Assembly (NCBI GenBank): GCA_003344405.1
Contig: NOWV01000203.1
Span: forward strand, 1 to 64,000
Source: Trichoplax sp. H2
Taxonomy: Eukaryota
Direction: 5' to 3'
DNA length: 64,000 nt
Each line of letters begins with the position of its first letter. Within the stretch, counting starts at the first letter, position 1. The notes under the pieces are model-generated. The model searched no databases. It saw nothing but the letters and a program-made list of their open reading frames with translations, and was not told where the DNA came from. Made by a program: the position numbers and the translations under genes. This document shows, one piece after another, positions 25,651 through 38,559 of the stretch.

Positions 25651-27418
25651 GTAATCGTTTCTGCTAGTAGTATACACTTGCAAACCTTTATATCATTGTA
25701 TTACCAGAAAGTCTTGAAGATATTTTACATAATAATTTGTAAATTTAAAAATGTGATTTACCTATTCTAAAATAGTACCGAATGATCAAATTAATATCAG
25801 TATCATATGTATATATAAAATGATCGAGGACTAGAGTAACAATATTTGAGATAAAATATGTAATGTAAGACTGCCAAAATAGGTCATATAGGATAAATCG
25901 ATCAATCAAATAATATCATTTTAATAAGATCCACTAGACCTTATTTTGCTTTACTGATACAACTCATAATAAAGTTAGTTTAACTCAAAAGAGATTAAAG
26001 TCTGCTTTATTACAGTTTATAAAACTACTAAGCCCGTAATATAAGATAGTCTAAAAGAAGTAAATAGTACAACAAGTGAACCTCTTTCTAATTTTTATCC
26101 AAGTTTCTATCTAATAAATAGCTTCCTTATATATGATCGATATTTACATCGAACTACTCACCGCAATCATGTACAGTACGGTAGTTTAAAGCAAATTATT
26201 GAAATCTCTTTTACGCCACCGCTGTCAATAAGCTCTTAATATGTCTCTGTTTAAGGCCGATTTTAATTAAATAATAATTTAAATTTATTCAACACATAAG
26301 GGCACAGAAAATACACATAAACAACTTTCACTCTATTTCTTTCATATTTTAAAATAGAAAAACACTGATCCATAGCGTGCAAATAGGGAGGGGGTAGACC
26401 AATTTCGACGTAGGTTAACTGCTTAGAGGTAGTGTGCTAGCTGACGTTATCAAGTTGGAATTTTAGATCAGAATTGAAGGTTTGATATTAAAGTATATCA
26501 GACCGCGGTAGTAATGTGGTAGATCAACAGAGCAGACAAGCATTGAGAAGTTGATCAGCGTAGAAATTAACAGTAGTATCTGACACTTAATTGCGTTAGC
26601 ATACCGAACACTGAACATGGTATGCTATTTCTAATGCAGGATTTCACTTCTGTAATTAACGATAACGAGTTTATGCTTAAAAATATAGAACTGAAGATAA
26701 TGCTATGTATTTTATAGTATGTAAATCTAATATATAAATATAAAGTCTATATCCGATCAATTGTATACTGTTTATGTAAATACTAGTTAGTACAGTACCG
26801 GTAGATGATGCAGATGTAACGCATGCAACGTACCTGGAAAATGATCGTCTCAGACTCTTAGCATGTAAAGCTAATACATAAATATAAATACAATATTATG
26901 CGTTCGTTAATAAAAAGGGTAAACTACGAATGGAAATTCGTACGAGCTTAATAAACTTAAAGGATGTAAGAATTTTATTCAGAATCTGCGAGGAGCGTAC
27001 ATCACAGACTCGATGTACTCGACAACCTGAGCTCTTTCTACATCCTTCGATTGAAGAACACAAATTAAAGACATTATTATCCTTTCTATATCTCGTACAT
27101 CCTATGTGCTGTGCCACCTCACGACATTACACAAATAATAAAGCCAGTGCACTTAATACTCTTAAGAAATCACATATCAACAATAGCAACATTTAAAATA
27201 TTAAAAATCCAAAATAGTCATGTATAGCTTTAGTTAGAATTCATCGTTGTTTGTAGTATGCTTTATAAGACTAAATGACAACGATAGTAGCATAGATTTA
27301 GATATTTAAATTTATTACCAATCTTAAATTGATATTATTCATATAACACAGAGATAATTATGAATTCGTCATTCCCTTACAATCATTGCTATCGAATTAT
27401 TCAGTAATTATGAAAAAA

Positions 27419-28825
27419 CTATCGAATATCAGAGTTAGATGTATCGGGTAGAAATAATGCCGCAATTATACTTAGTAGACCTAAAGAAGCGAATATTGTA
27501 TATGTAGCGATACAATTTATATAATAGAGTTTCGCGAATAATATTAAGCCTACTATAAGTCCTGAATATCCTATTACGAATAAAATACCGACAACAGTCG
27601 ATCTAAATTTAGTATGGAATAGCTCTGTAGTCCAAATTTTACAAGGTATCCATGCATTAGTAGTTATCGCTGTAAAAATACATGCTATTATCATGACACT
27701 TAGCCTATTATCTAATAACAGTATCATTAAAATACAAAATCCGCTAATAGATGTCAAGATAATATATAATACTTTTCGACCTACTCGATTAATAAGTAGA
27801 AAACAAAAAATTGTAACTGGTAATGAAAATAGATTGCCTATAAGAATATCTAATATAATAGCCTTTAAGCTATCGCCACTTTTACAATCAGAATTGACAC
27901 CATTGTATAGATGTGTAGTATTCCATGGTATATTTTCTGTCTTATTATAACCATGCCAACAAGTTTTACCACCCTCATAACTAGCCATCACTGTCGGTAA
28001 CCATATGGTGAATCCATGATCGGCGATAGAATATCCGATCCATACTATAGATAATAATATAAATCGTCGACGCCAAGGTTGTTTCATTAATTCTCTAATA
28101 TCATCCGCGAAATTTCTACGCTCTTCTTTTCTAATCTTACTATGGATGTCATTTTGTTGTAAATCAAGAGTCGTTATTTTAGAATATAATACTTTATCAT
28201 GCGAAGTACGACTAGTACTAAAACACGAATTGATTTGATCAATTTTATTTAATACATCTCGAAAAGCTTTTTTGTCGTTCTTCGCTAATACAAATCTTAT
28301 ACTATTAGGCATAAATAAAAGTGTACAAAAACTTAATAACGCTGGAATAGCGCTTATGAGAATATAAAGTCGCCAACTTGTAAAGTAGATAGAGCCTATA
28401 GCATAGTAAAATGGGTAAGGTAATAAAGGTAACGCTATGGCTGAGTTGTATAAATTTTCAAGTGTTAGAAAGGAAGACAAAACTGCACCAGCTCTACCTC
28501 TAGAATGTCGAGGAAAAAATTCTAAAACATAAGAATGAGCAGCTGTAGCAATGCCGCCATAGGCGCAACCATTGAAACCGGTCATGATAACAAGCATGAC
28601 ATAATTATATGCGAATGCACACGCTAGCATGCATATTAAATTAATGAATAACGATATTACGAACATTTTTCGTCTACCATAAGTATCAGCTAGTCTACCA
28701 GATATACCAGAACTGATTGTGTAACCGATTATAAAAGCTAAACTCAATCAATGCTTGTTACTTCTGTTAATGTCTAAATCGCATGCCGCAACGACAATGA
28801 AACTGATTGTTCGATAAAATAAGGT
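27419..28825 (-). pseudogene. Young 5'-truncated SV2-like copy H, near-identical to copy G
   Basis: Homology to G stops at 28825, so the first 69 codons are missing. TGG>TGA nonsense change at 28748-28750 (NKH*LSL versus NKHWLSL). The remaining 442 codons are open; the ORF-track start is a TTG. Confidence 0.88.
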
Positions 28826-29107
28826 TGAAAACCTCCAAATTGACAGCAACTTTGCATTCATTTTCTGTAGTCTATACAACAGTATTATTTACATGAATAT
28901 AATATTACGATTATGACAACTAAGGACTACGCTAAGGTTCCCTTTTAAAAGTTCCAAATAGGCATCTACATTAGACCCATTTTTTTATAGTCTATAGGGT
29001 GATTTTTTTTAAATAAATACATAACAACCATAGCGTCTATGGTACGGTTTCGAAAGCCTCGAAATCGGCAGCTCCAGTCAAGCGGTTTAAATCAACAAGT
29101 ATCTATT

Positions 29108-29395
29108 TCAGTCCCCAAACATACTCATTTAGAGCCGCATCTACGCGGATAGAAGGAACTATTTTATACGCTCCTACGTCTTATCGTATAGAGGATTTCT
29201 AAGTCATTAATGGATAAAATGAAGAATTATTAAATTGAGTTGTTTTGGCGTAATATTCGACAAGTTTACTTAATGATCCATATCACATAACCAGGTTGCA
29301 TTAGCGAACGATATTATTCAGTCAGTAGTACTGATGGTCTAATTTACTAAAAGATAGAAAGAAGAAAAAGTTTGACAACATCAACAATAGTGGCG
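29108..29395. repeat. ~290 bp diverged duplicate of 32247-32518 (upstream flank of the terminal pseudogene)
   Basis: Colinear matches: cagtc.ccaaacatactca, attttatacg, ttaaattgag, ttttggcgtaa, ggttgcattagcga, aaagatagaa, gacaacatcaa. Confidence 0.85.
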
Positions 29396-30198
29396 TTTAA
29401 TTATAATTAAACGCCACTCTTCTTGATTAATTAATTATCGTAAGTAAAGGTCCGAGGGGAAATTATCCTACAGCCTCCGTTGTCGACTATTCCCTTAGAA
29501 AATTGCGGCTACAATGATGATGAATCACAGATGGACACTAGAGAATTACCTCTAATTTTGAATGACTATAGTGTCTGTAATCACCATTGCTCCATTATTT
29601 TTACTGTCCGTACGGTAGTTATCCAAAACATTCTGTCTTTAACAGGATTAATTTCATTTAATTAACTAATATCGCAATTTTCCTGCATCATATCACATCG
29701 AATAATTTGCAGCTTGTATCAGTCTCATACTGATATCAAATCGGTACGAGCAGGGTGATATAGATACAGATATACTGATACTTTTAGTGAGATATTAAAA
29801 TAATGCTAATATTGTACTACTGGAATATACTGTTAAGATTAATATAGGTACTTGGATAGGTACGATTTGTCACTAAACACAAGTCGACTGCCGTCTGGTG
29901 GCCTTCGGTAAAATGGCATCCGCACTGCAGGACACTTTTCATTTCGTATCGCGATTGTAGGTTTATTATTAGCATGCAGTATATTAAGGGTTCGCTATAC
30001 TACATATACTAAAGAAATTTCACAAGTGTTGATGCATCCATCTTTAAATTAAATAAAGCATGTTTAATACGTCTAATTTTAATGAAGTAACCTGAAATAG
30101 ACGTCACAGAAACTGATCTAGTATTATATCTTCGAAATTATTTTAAATAGCGTGAGAGTAACTAAAACTATCAACAAAATGAAGCTTAGTGGTATAGA

Positions 30199-31790
30199 AT
30201 TAATTATCGATGAGTAGCATGGTTGAAATACTCAATGCAGTAGCAAACAGCAAATATAACACTTTACGACCTATTCGATTAATGAGTAGAATGCCTAGGT
30301 AAAATAGCAACGGGTACTGAAAATAAATTACCAAGTAAATGATTGCCTTCAAATTGTTACCCGTTTGACAATTGAAAGCGACAGAGTGCAATAAATGTGT
30401 AGAATTCGTTGATAGATGATTCTCCATGATATTACGGCTATGCCAACATGTTTTGCCTTGGAAATAATAAGTAAGGATTATGGATAGCAATATGGTAATT
30501 GTCTAGTCACTGATACAATAACTAAACCATACTCTCGATGATAGTATTAATCGTTAGCGCTATGATGGTTTCATCATTTTACAAATATTGTCTATATAGC
30601 TTTCACGTCCTTCATTTCCAGTTTGATCATCGATGCTTACATCGAATTAACTTATCATACAGTAAATAGATTGTTGCTGTAAATTCTTTTCAGTGTGTCA
30701 TAACGAATTAATTTGATCCATTTTCTGTAATATATCTGAAGTGGTTTTCGTGTCGTTTTTACCCAGTGCAAATCGTAAACTAATTATAATAGGATACATA
30801 CTGTACACTTGAATAGATATAATTGGGATAGTCCCTACCTATATGAAGGTGAAGTTGCTAATTTGAAAAGTGGATGGCACCCAAAAGGAATGTAAACTGA
30901 ATGAGGTAATAAAAGTAAAGCAATAGCAGTGCCGAGTTAATTTCCTAAAATTGTAAACGAAGACATGATTACAGTAGCTTAACCTCCATAACGACGAGGA
31001 AAAAATACTAAAATACAATACTAAAACACAATTATGAATCGTTGCGTTTATCCCACCATAAGTACTTTCAACGAAGCCTGATGTGACTGCTAACATAGCG
31101 TAGTGATAAGCAAAGGCGTCTGCCAATACGCTGATTGAATGGATTACTTAAGCGATTATGAGAATTCTTCGTCGACCATAAGTATTGGCTAGTCTACCAA
31201 AGATGCCGGCACCGCTGGTAAGGCCCATCTTAAATGCCAGGCTCAGCCAACCTTTATTATATCGGTTAATGTCTAAATCGCAAACGACAACGACAACAAA
31301 ATTGCTAATACTGTGTATAGGATATGAACCATAGTAGAGTCCTGTCACAAAAAAAACAGCTTGCGTGATGTTTCTAAACTAAACTATCTACTCTTAAGGT
31401 TCCCCGACTAACTCCGGACATCCTCAGTAAAGGACAACTAACTTATTCCTATACTATAGAAAACGAGTCCAACGATAGGTTTAGGTTATTAAATATTTTA
31501 TGATGGACTATAACAGCTTAGTACCAATGTGCTGTAGCGTAGCCTCGGTGGAACTGAGATTAGAAATTAAATTATTAGCAACTTTACTACTAGCCACTTA
31601 TCACGGAGCATCAAGCTCCGTAACAAGTCCACACTCTATAACGATTATATAATGAAATAAAGTAATATCGAAGGAATCGATCCTGGATGTCAAATCAATC
31701 GAATCAATAAAGTGATCCGAGCTGTACAATTCTTCATGGTAACTTATTAAAGTGGTATCATCAGCTTCTTTTTGAAATGTTTTTGGTCAA
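30199..31790 (-). pseudogene. Decayed SV2-like copy I, interrupted by a solo LTR
   Basis: EELYSSD..SIDLTSR and LFHYIIVIECG (31630-31740), CDLDINRYNKGWLSLAF and FGRLANTYGRRR (31148-31342), YYFQGKTCWH and INRIGRKVLY (30200-30490); many stops and frameshifts. Confidence 0.9.
31343..31625. mobile_element. Solo LTR (283 bp) of an LTR retrotransposon
   Basis: Termini TGTCAC...GTAACA (TG..CA, 6-bp imperfect inverted repeat), flanked by a perfect 5-bp direct repeat AGTCC (31338-31342 and 31626-31630). Removing it restores the host frame VIECG-LYYGSY. Confidence 0.82.
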
Positions 31791-32250
31791 TCTTATGGAA
31801 AAACATTATGCCACTTACTCCAAGTAATATTAGATTGTACTTAGATCACCTCGATGATAATTCAAGGAGTCCGGTCTTATCGTTATTACTGTAGCCATCG
31901 GCAAAGCATCCATTGCAAGTATCCATGGAAACAAACCAATATCGAAACTAATATGGAAGGAATCGATCATTTCATCGATCCTACAGTAGATGTCAAATCA
32001 ATCGAATCAATAAAGTGATCAATAAAGTGATTAATCGAATCAATAACGTGATCCGAGCTGTACAATTCTTCATCGTGACTTATTAAAGGGGTATCATCAG
32101 CTTCTTTTTGAATATTTTTGGTCAATCTTCTGGAAAAACATCACGTCACTTATTCCAAGCAAAACTAGATTATACTTACATCAACTCGATCTGAATAGAG
32201 TCCGAGCATATCGTTATTACTGTAGTCATCGGCAAAGTATCCACTGCAGT
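31650..32250 (-). repeat. Tandem ~300 bp duplication of the pseudogene I N-terminus and proximal flank
   Basis: gatgtcaaatcaatcgaatcaataaagtgatc...gagctgtacaattcttcat...tcgttattactgtag.catcggcaaag occurs twice (31686-31920 and 31989-32248). Confidence 0.88.
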
Positions 32251-33839
32251 CTCCAAACATACTCACCTAGAAGTGTATCGACACGGATGGAAATTATTAT
32301 TTTATACGTCTACTGGTATAGAAGATTTATATGTTATTTATGGATAACATTAAGAATATTAAATTGAGCCATTTTGGCGTAAGGATCGATAACTTTACTT
32401 GGTGCCCTATTTCTCGTGACCTGGTTGCATTAGCGATATCTTCTAGTCAGTTAAACTGATAGTCTAATTTGCTTGAAAGATAGAATGATGAAAAGTTGGA
32501 CAACATCAAGAATGGCGCAAGGCAGCAATAGTTTGGTTTAAAAATTATTCTGTCCTATTAATTATCATCATCATCATTCTTGTCCATTAGACGTTGGATA
32601 TGATTTCTTTCTAATCATAATCAGTTGAAAATTACTACTATTCAATGGCCGTAATGTCTGCATTTGATGTTTTATGACTTCTAAGAGTATATTTATAACT
32701 ACAGTACAGTAAATCTATTGTACAATCAGTCATCAGGGCAAAGCAACTACAATATTAATTTGGATTTGAATAATAATTTGCTTGGATCAGCTGGATGAAA
32801 TTACAGTACAGTATTCGTATTATGATGAGAGTCGTGCGTGGATCTTTTCTTGTTTATAGGAGACTTTTTGGGGAACCATGAATTACCTTGATTGCAGGTC
32901 CAATCTTGATCTAAGTGTTCATTTGTGGCATTGCAATCTATATTTGTTTCATTAAAATGATCAGCCTGTATTCTATCTATCCCTTGCGTAGTAAACCTTA
33001 CGATGTGGCTTGTCATTTCCGGCAGAATAAGGGCGATACTGATTGAATTCTGCTAATGCGTTATTTTCCCAATCGTGTGCAATTCCTAGTCTTCTACTGT
33101 AGACTAATAATTGATTTTTCATTATAAGTCATCATACTCTACTAATATACTACTCATTAGCCAATATGCTTTCTTTAAAACTGTCATAAAAGTAATCTCA
33201 AATAATCAAAATAATAGCAGTACAATTCGCAACTATGATGAATTCAAATCAAATGGAGTGTTGTGTAGAACCTTTGCAACTCCCACATTAGCGATATCCT
33301 GGGCAATAAAATGAAAAGTATGTTGGTTTATCTTGTCTCTTGACAAGATAAATTATTTGATTACATTCCAGTTGAAATTCAACATGTAGATGGACGTATA
33401 TAGTCATTATGAGTCCCTTTATTTTGTCGCCATTAAGCAATGCTTTACTTGCCAGATTTTGTGGAAAATGTTTTACGTGAGAAGTCCGTAGGATATTATT
33501 GCGCCATGTTGACAACATAGTGATGAATTTAGTTCATTACGGCATGTAGAGGGTGATCCATGATGGCAGTCCATGCCAGTATTGAATTGATGTAATGAAT
33601 AACATTTTCATCGTGGCACTTGGACAACAGATAAATGCTATGATAAATACTTTTCGAACAATTGTATCAAATAGTTTAGCTTGTTTTAATATTAGCGATC
33701 AGATGACCGATAGTCCTACATCACTTAGCTATATCGCTCCCCTTTTTGTTGATTTTCCATTGGATTCCCGCACTTGTATACCGTAAGTAACCACTGTTTG
33801 ATTTAAATTAATAATATGGTAATGTTGCTTATTGTAAAG

Positions 33840-36800
33840 CGTTGCAGGATAGGAAACAGGATCAATTTCTTGACGTAGACTAGTAAAACTCACTTATCCT
33901 TTTACTGTACTATCATTGCAGCCTTTCGCAGTTGGAAATTTTCTGCTTGCGCTGCAGTAAGAATTAGCGAATACTGTCGATATTACTGTGCGGATATGAA
34001 ATAGGATCGATTGTTTAAACGTCGACAATATTGCAGTTTACTGTCCTTTCACCGTCATTGGCTAGTCGAAATTTTCTGTTAGTACAGTAAAATAGGATAG
34101 TTTTCTTTAATGTGGATAGTAGAGTACTGTAAATCTCTTTTTATCCTTTTACCGCTATGGGCTAATGAAAATTTTCTGCTAGTAATAATAATATAATCAT
34201 AGATATACTGTACGCGTATTCACAACATGAAACAAGACAGTTTCCTTAACAAGTACTGCAGTAGTGGTAATAATGCTCTTTTCCTTTTCTAATATTAGCA
34301 ATCTTAGCTGGTCTAAGAACAATCATTTAATAAGGGATTCAGGCAGAACATGAATCAAGATAGTTTGCTTGATAATATGGACTACTACAGTGCAATAGTA
34401 AAGCTCTTTTATCCTATGGCATTAACAATATTAGAGATTAGGTACATGCAGCAGTATTGCTCTTCTTCTTTTCAAGTATTGGCAATCTTAGTTGGTCCAA
34501 TAACAATCATTTAATAGGGGATTCAGGCAAGACATGAAGCAAGATAGTTTGCTTGATAATATGAACTACTACAGTGCAATAGTAAAGCTCTTTTATCCTA
34601 TTGGCAATATTGGAGATTCGAGACATGAAACAGGATCGTTTTCTTAATATGGACTACTACAGTCTGTTAGTAAAAGCTCTTTTTATCCTATTGGCACTAT
34701 TTTTAGAGATTCGAGACATGAAACAGGATTGCTTTCTGAACATACACTAGTACAGTCCATTAATAAAGCTCTTTTTATCCTATTGGCACTATTTTTAGAG
34801 ATTCAGGACATGAAACAGGATCGTTATTTTCTTAATATGGACTACTACAGTCCATTAGTATAAGCTCTCTTATCCTATTAGCAATATTTTTAGAGATTCA
34901 GGACATGAAACAGGATCGTTTTCTTAATATGGACTACTACAGTCTGTTAGTAAAAACTCTTTTCATCCTATTGGCAATATTGGAGATTCGAGGCATGAAA
35001 CAGGATTGCTTTCTGAACATACACTAGTACAGTCCATTAATAAAGCTCTTTTTATCCTATTGGCACTATTTTTAGAGATTCAAGACATGAAACAGGATCG
35101 TTATTTTCTTAATATGGACTACTACAGTCCATTAGTATAAGCTCTTTTATCCTATTAGCAATATTTTTAGAGATTTAGGACAAGCAACAAGATCATTTTC
35201 TTAATATGGACTACTACAGTCCATAAGTAAAAGCTCTCTTATCCTATTAGCAATATTTTTAGAGATTTAGGACATGTAACAAGATCGTTTTCTTAATATG
35301 GACTACTACAGTCCATAAGTAAAAGCTCTTTTATCCCATTAGCAATACTTTTAGAGATTTAGGACATGAAACAGGATCAATTTTCTTAATATGGACTACT
35401 ACAGTCCATTAGTATAAGCTCTCTTATCCTATTAGCAATATTTTTAGAGATTTAGGACATGTAACAAGATCATTTTCTTAACATAGACTACTACAGTCCA
35501 TAAGTAAAAGCTCTTTTATCCTATTAGCAATACTTTTAGAGATTTAGGACATGAAACAAGATCGTTTTCTTAATATGGACTACTACAGTCCATAAGTAAA
35601 AGCTCTCTTATCCTATTAGCAATATTTTTAGAGATTTAGGACATGAAACAAGATCGTTTTCTTAATATGGACTACTACAGTCCATAAGTAAAAGCTCTTT
35701 TATCCTATTAGCAATACTTTTAGAGATTTAGGACAAGCAACAAGATCATTTTCTTAATATGGACTACTACAGTCCATAAGTAAAAGCTCTTTTATCCTAT
35801 TAGCAATACTTTTAGAGATTTAGGACAAGCAACAAGATCATTTTCTTAATATGGACTACTACAGTCCATAAGTAAAAGCTCTCTTATCCTATTAGCAATA
35901 CTAGTGCAAACTCCCGTCGCTTTGCTGACGGTTTACGATAATGTGCTCATTTAACATATTAGCAATATTTTTAGAGATTTAGGACATGTAACAAGATCGT
36001 TTTCTTAATATGGACTACTACAGTCCATTAGTATAAGCTCTCTTATCCTATTAGCAATATTTTTAGAGATTTAGGACATGTAACAAGATCATTTTCTTAA
36101 TATGGACTACTACAGTCCATAAGTAAAAGCTCTCTTATCCTATTAGCAATACTTTTAGAGATTTAGGACATGAAACAGGATCGTTTTCTTAACATGGACT
36201 ACTACAATACGTTAGTGAAAGCTCTTTAATCCTATTATTTCCTGTCAGTCAAACTTTGACTGATCGAATAATATGAAAACGTAACTGAGATTGATGACAT
36301 AAAACAGGATCGTTTTCTTAAAAGCACGATTAGACTGTTAGTCTAGCTCTTCCTTGAGCAGAAGTAGTAGTAAAGCTCTTCTGTCCTTTTCTTGTCATTG
36401 CAACTTTTACTATTTTCACAATACTAATGGAGATTGCGGACATGAAATGCGATAATTTTCTACGTGAATAATTGTATTATAATAGGAATCAATCTTCAGG
36501 ATATAACATATGCGTAAACTGTTACAATAGTAAAGCTCTATCCTCCTATACCTATCGTTGCAGCTTTCGCTGATGTTATTAATCACAATTCTAATTTGAG
36601 ACGGTGGACAAGAAAGCGGCTCGTGAACTCAATAGACGCGTAGAGTAATTTAACACAGTAGTAAGCTGTATGATTCTTTTACTATTCTTTGCAACTTTTG
36701 CTGATCTGGTAATAATGAATAATGAATAATTACAGTATAGAGATTCAGTCATTCAGAAGATGAATTGAAGGTTGGTTTTGTTAACCTCCGGGTAGATATG

Positions 36801-37200
36801 GACGGCAGAGAAAGTTCGGTTTACCTTACTGTTGTTGGCACTTTCGCTGATGTAATAATTGAGTAATAGCAGTAGAGATTGAAGACATGAATCTTAAAGG
36901 GTAGTTTTCTCAACCTTGTATAGGTTAAGGATTAAAAGAGTAAAACTCGACCACCCTTGAATTTTTGTTATTGCTACTGGCGCTGATCTAATAATTCATT
37001 ATTCAATAATTCATGAATAGTCGCGAAAGAGCAACCTCGACGTCCTTTTAACGGTCATTGCAACTTTCACTGATTTAATGACAATCAATAATGATAGTTG
37101 GATATTGAGGATCGTTTTCTCAACATGATCTTAGATAGTAGTCAAGTGTTTTTTCCCTTTTCATGTTAGCCGAACATTGGCTGGTCTAATCATGGCGATG
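33840..37200. repeat. Tandem array R1, ~92 bp unit; homogeneous core 34.6-36.25 kb with decayed flanks
   Basis: Unit ttttagagatttaggacatgaaacaagatcgttttcttaatatggactactacagtccataagtaaaagctcttttatcctattagcaata; 92-bp spacing at 35159 and 35251. Confidence 0.95.
35901..35956 (-). mobile_element. Helitron-type 3' terminal fragment inside array R1
   Basis: Minus strand reads CCGTC-agcaaagc-GACGG hairpin, 9 nt, then CTAG followed by host T; no 5' TC end visible. Confidence 0.6.
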
Positions 37201-38559
37201 GGTAAAATAGAGTTCGTCTTTATTGGTTGCAAAAGAGGCATCATTAGTTGTATCCGATGACCTTGGCTGTAATAAAAACAAGATGTTGCATAATGTCATT
37301 ATTTGTTAGTACAGTAATTCAATTATTGTAATTACTCTACTTCTAATAAGTTTAATCAGCCTTCTTGTTCAACTCATGCTACATTGTCTTGTCCATTAGA
37401 ATAGCCAATGCCTAAGTTCTAATTTGAAAGGATAACATTGGAAAAATAAATGAAAAAAAAAAATAATAATTTACACAACAACAATAACGAATGCGACATC
37501 GTCATAATGCAGCAGTTGATGGATCCGTTCTATCCAAGCTAATTTCAATTTGGACACCAATCTTAGTTTACTTGAGGTAAAGATTGGACCAGCACTATCG
37601 TTAGTATCGCGACAAGACACTTTTTCTTGTGTTTGTTCCTAAATTAGCATCCATCACTAAATTAGAAGGGATCAAAGTGAGACCAAGCGTTAATATAGTA
37701 ACTTCTTTCAAGCGTCAACGAGATCGATAGGTAAAAAGGAAAGTATGATAGTGCAGTCCTAGTTGATGGCAGTATAGGCCATCTTGTCTTTGAATCGCGG
37801 TACGTTCGTTATTGGGCCTTCTTTCCTTCTCCTTTTGCGGCATTTTCTTTCGCCAATCGCCTGACTTACCTTGTTCTGCTCTTCCTCCATTTTCAATTCT
37901 AGTTTGATTTGTAATTAAGGACTCGTAGTAGCTTGACTTCCTGCTTCCTCCAATCCTTCTTTGTTCACAGTCATGTTCTCTTTTACCAATTCCCTGGATT
38001 AACATAACAAAGTTGGTGTCATTATCCACATATTACTGTGATTATAAAAAGGAATTCAATGGAATTGTTTTCCTCTTTTTTCCTCATCATATTAAATATT
38101 TCATGACGATAAGTTATCATTATTGACGTCATGAACGATAGCACAGCGACATAATTTCAACTCCAACAGTGTAGTGATTCAATATTATGATTGGAGAATA
38201 AAGTTGCAGCTTATTATTTTTCCAAGTGTATAGTAATTGAATATTGATTGCATTTTAGGCACGAAACGAAAAGCAACAACATTGTATCTCTTTACCATCC
38301 GCGTGGACTGCAAGGAGTCAAAAGGTTTCTTCAATGCTGTTTGTTGAACAAGGAAAATTGATACACAACACCTAACATTATTATTTTGTTGACATTATCC
38401 AATAGAGAAAGTCAACCAAGCAAACTTTTGAAACGTGATGAAAAGGATTTGAAAGCATTATTTGCAGTCCTTGAAAGGTAAGTCATGGTCCCTTTGTAGG
38501 GCAACGGATTCTTGCACTTTGGCTGTACTGTATTGAATAGACTCGAGTGAAAATTAGAA

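Noticed and set aside
26896..27196. Overlapping 73/88-aa ORFs between copies G and H
   Set aside because: No recognisable motif or splice context; may be a TE scrap but cannot be supported
653..27950. Plus-strand ORFs at 653, 5038, 10931, 14140, 20073, 23460 and 27693 that resemble each other
   Set aside because: They are antisense shadows of the MFS coding sequences; their similarity follows from the paralogy of the real genes
28826..29110. Second solo LTR (TGAAA...TTTCA, ~285 bp) truncating copy H
   Set aside because: No target-site duplication (aaggt versus gtccc), the missing gene 5' end does not resume, and the CA belongs to the adjacent duplicated block
29885..29940. GC-rich patch resembling a tRNA or SINE head
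   Set aside because: No T-arm/B-box (GTTCGA) and no closing acceptor stem
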